A DNA stretch of 32,754 bases from Octopus bimaculoides (Eukaryota), in NCBI RefSeq assembly GCF_001194135.2, contig NC_068986.1, positions 70,506,306 to 70,539,059 of the forward strand. The letters are read 5' to 3'. The translations under genes were made by a program, and so were the position numbers. Each line of letters opens with the position of its first letter. The first letter of the stretch is position 1. The notes beneath the pieces were generated by a model. That model searched no databases and was not told the origin of the DNA. It worked only from the letters and a program-made list of their open reading frames with translations. Below, piece by piece: positions 32,478 to 32,754 of the stretch.

Positions 32478-32754
32478 CACAGACATGGGCCCGGTTTCCC
32501 AGTTTCAGTGGCATATGTGCTCCCCAGCTGGATGGGACGCCAGTCCATCACAGCATTACTCATTTTTGCCAGCTGAGTGGACTAGAGCAACGTGAAATGA
32601 AGTGTTTTGCTCAAGAACACAACGCGTCGCCCATTCCAGGAATCAAAACCACAATCTTACGATCATGATGCTGACACCCTAACCACTAAGCCACGCGCCT
32701 CCACAAGAAGTAAATAGACACCTTTAATTTTCAAAATCTTTTATTTAATACACA
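32478..32754 (-). mobile_element. End of a second Tc1 copy (same TIR family as 18660-20557), with its TIR split by a SINE
   Basis: TA-CACAGACA (32476-32485), then the SINE, then AGAAGTAAATAGACACCTTTA (32706-32726). This matches the reverse complement of the right end of the 18660-20557 element. It runs off the window. Confidence 0.65.
32486..32703 (-). mobile_element. tRNA-derived SINE, family C
   Basis: Minus-strand head GGAGGCGCGTGGCTTAGTGGTTAGGGTGTCAGCATCATGATCGTAAGATTGTGGTTTTGATTCCTGG (A box TGGCTTAGTGG, decayed B box), followed by TTGTGTTCTTGAGCAAAACACTTCATTTCACGTTGCTC...CCACTCAGCTGGCAAAAATGAGTAA, a SINE-type central domain. Confidence 0.8.

Overview
AT-rich eukaryotic genomic DNA. The SINE/MITE families resemble those I recall from octopus (coleoid cephalopod) genomes; this assignment is inference, not a search result. 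The only well-supported host coding sequence is one uninterrupted 5.97-kb ORF (ATG 9595 to stop 15564, 1989 aa, + strand), a Ser/Glu/Thr/Lys/Asn-rich, probably disordered protein I cannot name. The flanks are a layered transposon graveyard: mariner, DD37D-like and Tc1 (DD34E) relics, TTAA-flanked piggyBac-type MITEs, tRNA-derived SINEs, and RTE-type and RLE-type (R4/Dong-like) LINE relics. The most unusual object is a ~630-bp palindromic element (19823-20451) inserted in a Tc1 copy. Its two outward-facing arms each consist of a tRNA-like Pol III head, a (TAA)n spacer, a minimal Penelope-type hammerhead ribozyme and a shared tail. Each arm is damaged in a different place, so the intact unit can be rebuilt from the pair. 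A second, variant hammerhead-like relic (G at core position 3) lies at 31653-31699 on the - strand. An inverted SINE pair containing a 46-bp hairpin array sits immediately behind the stop codon of the giant ORF.
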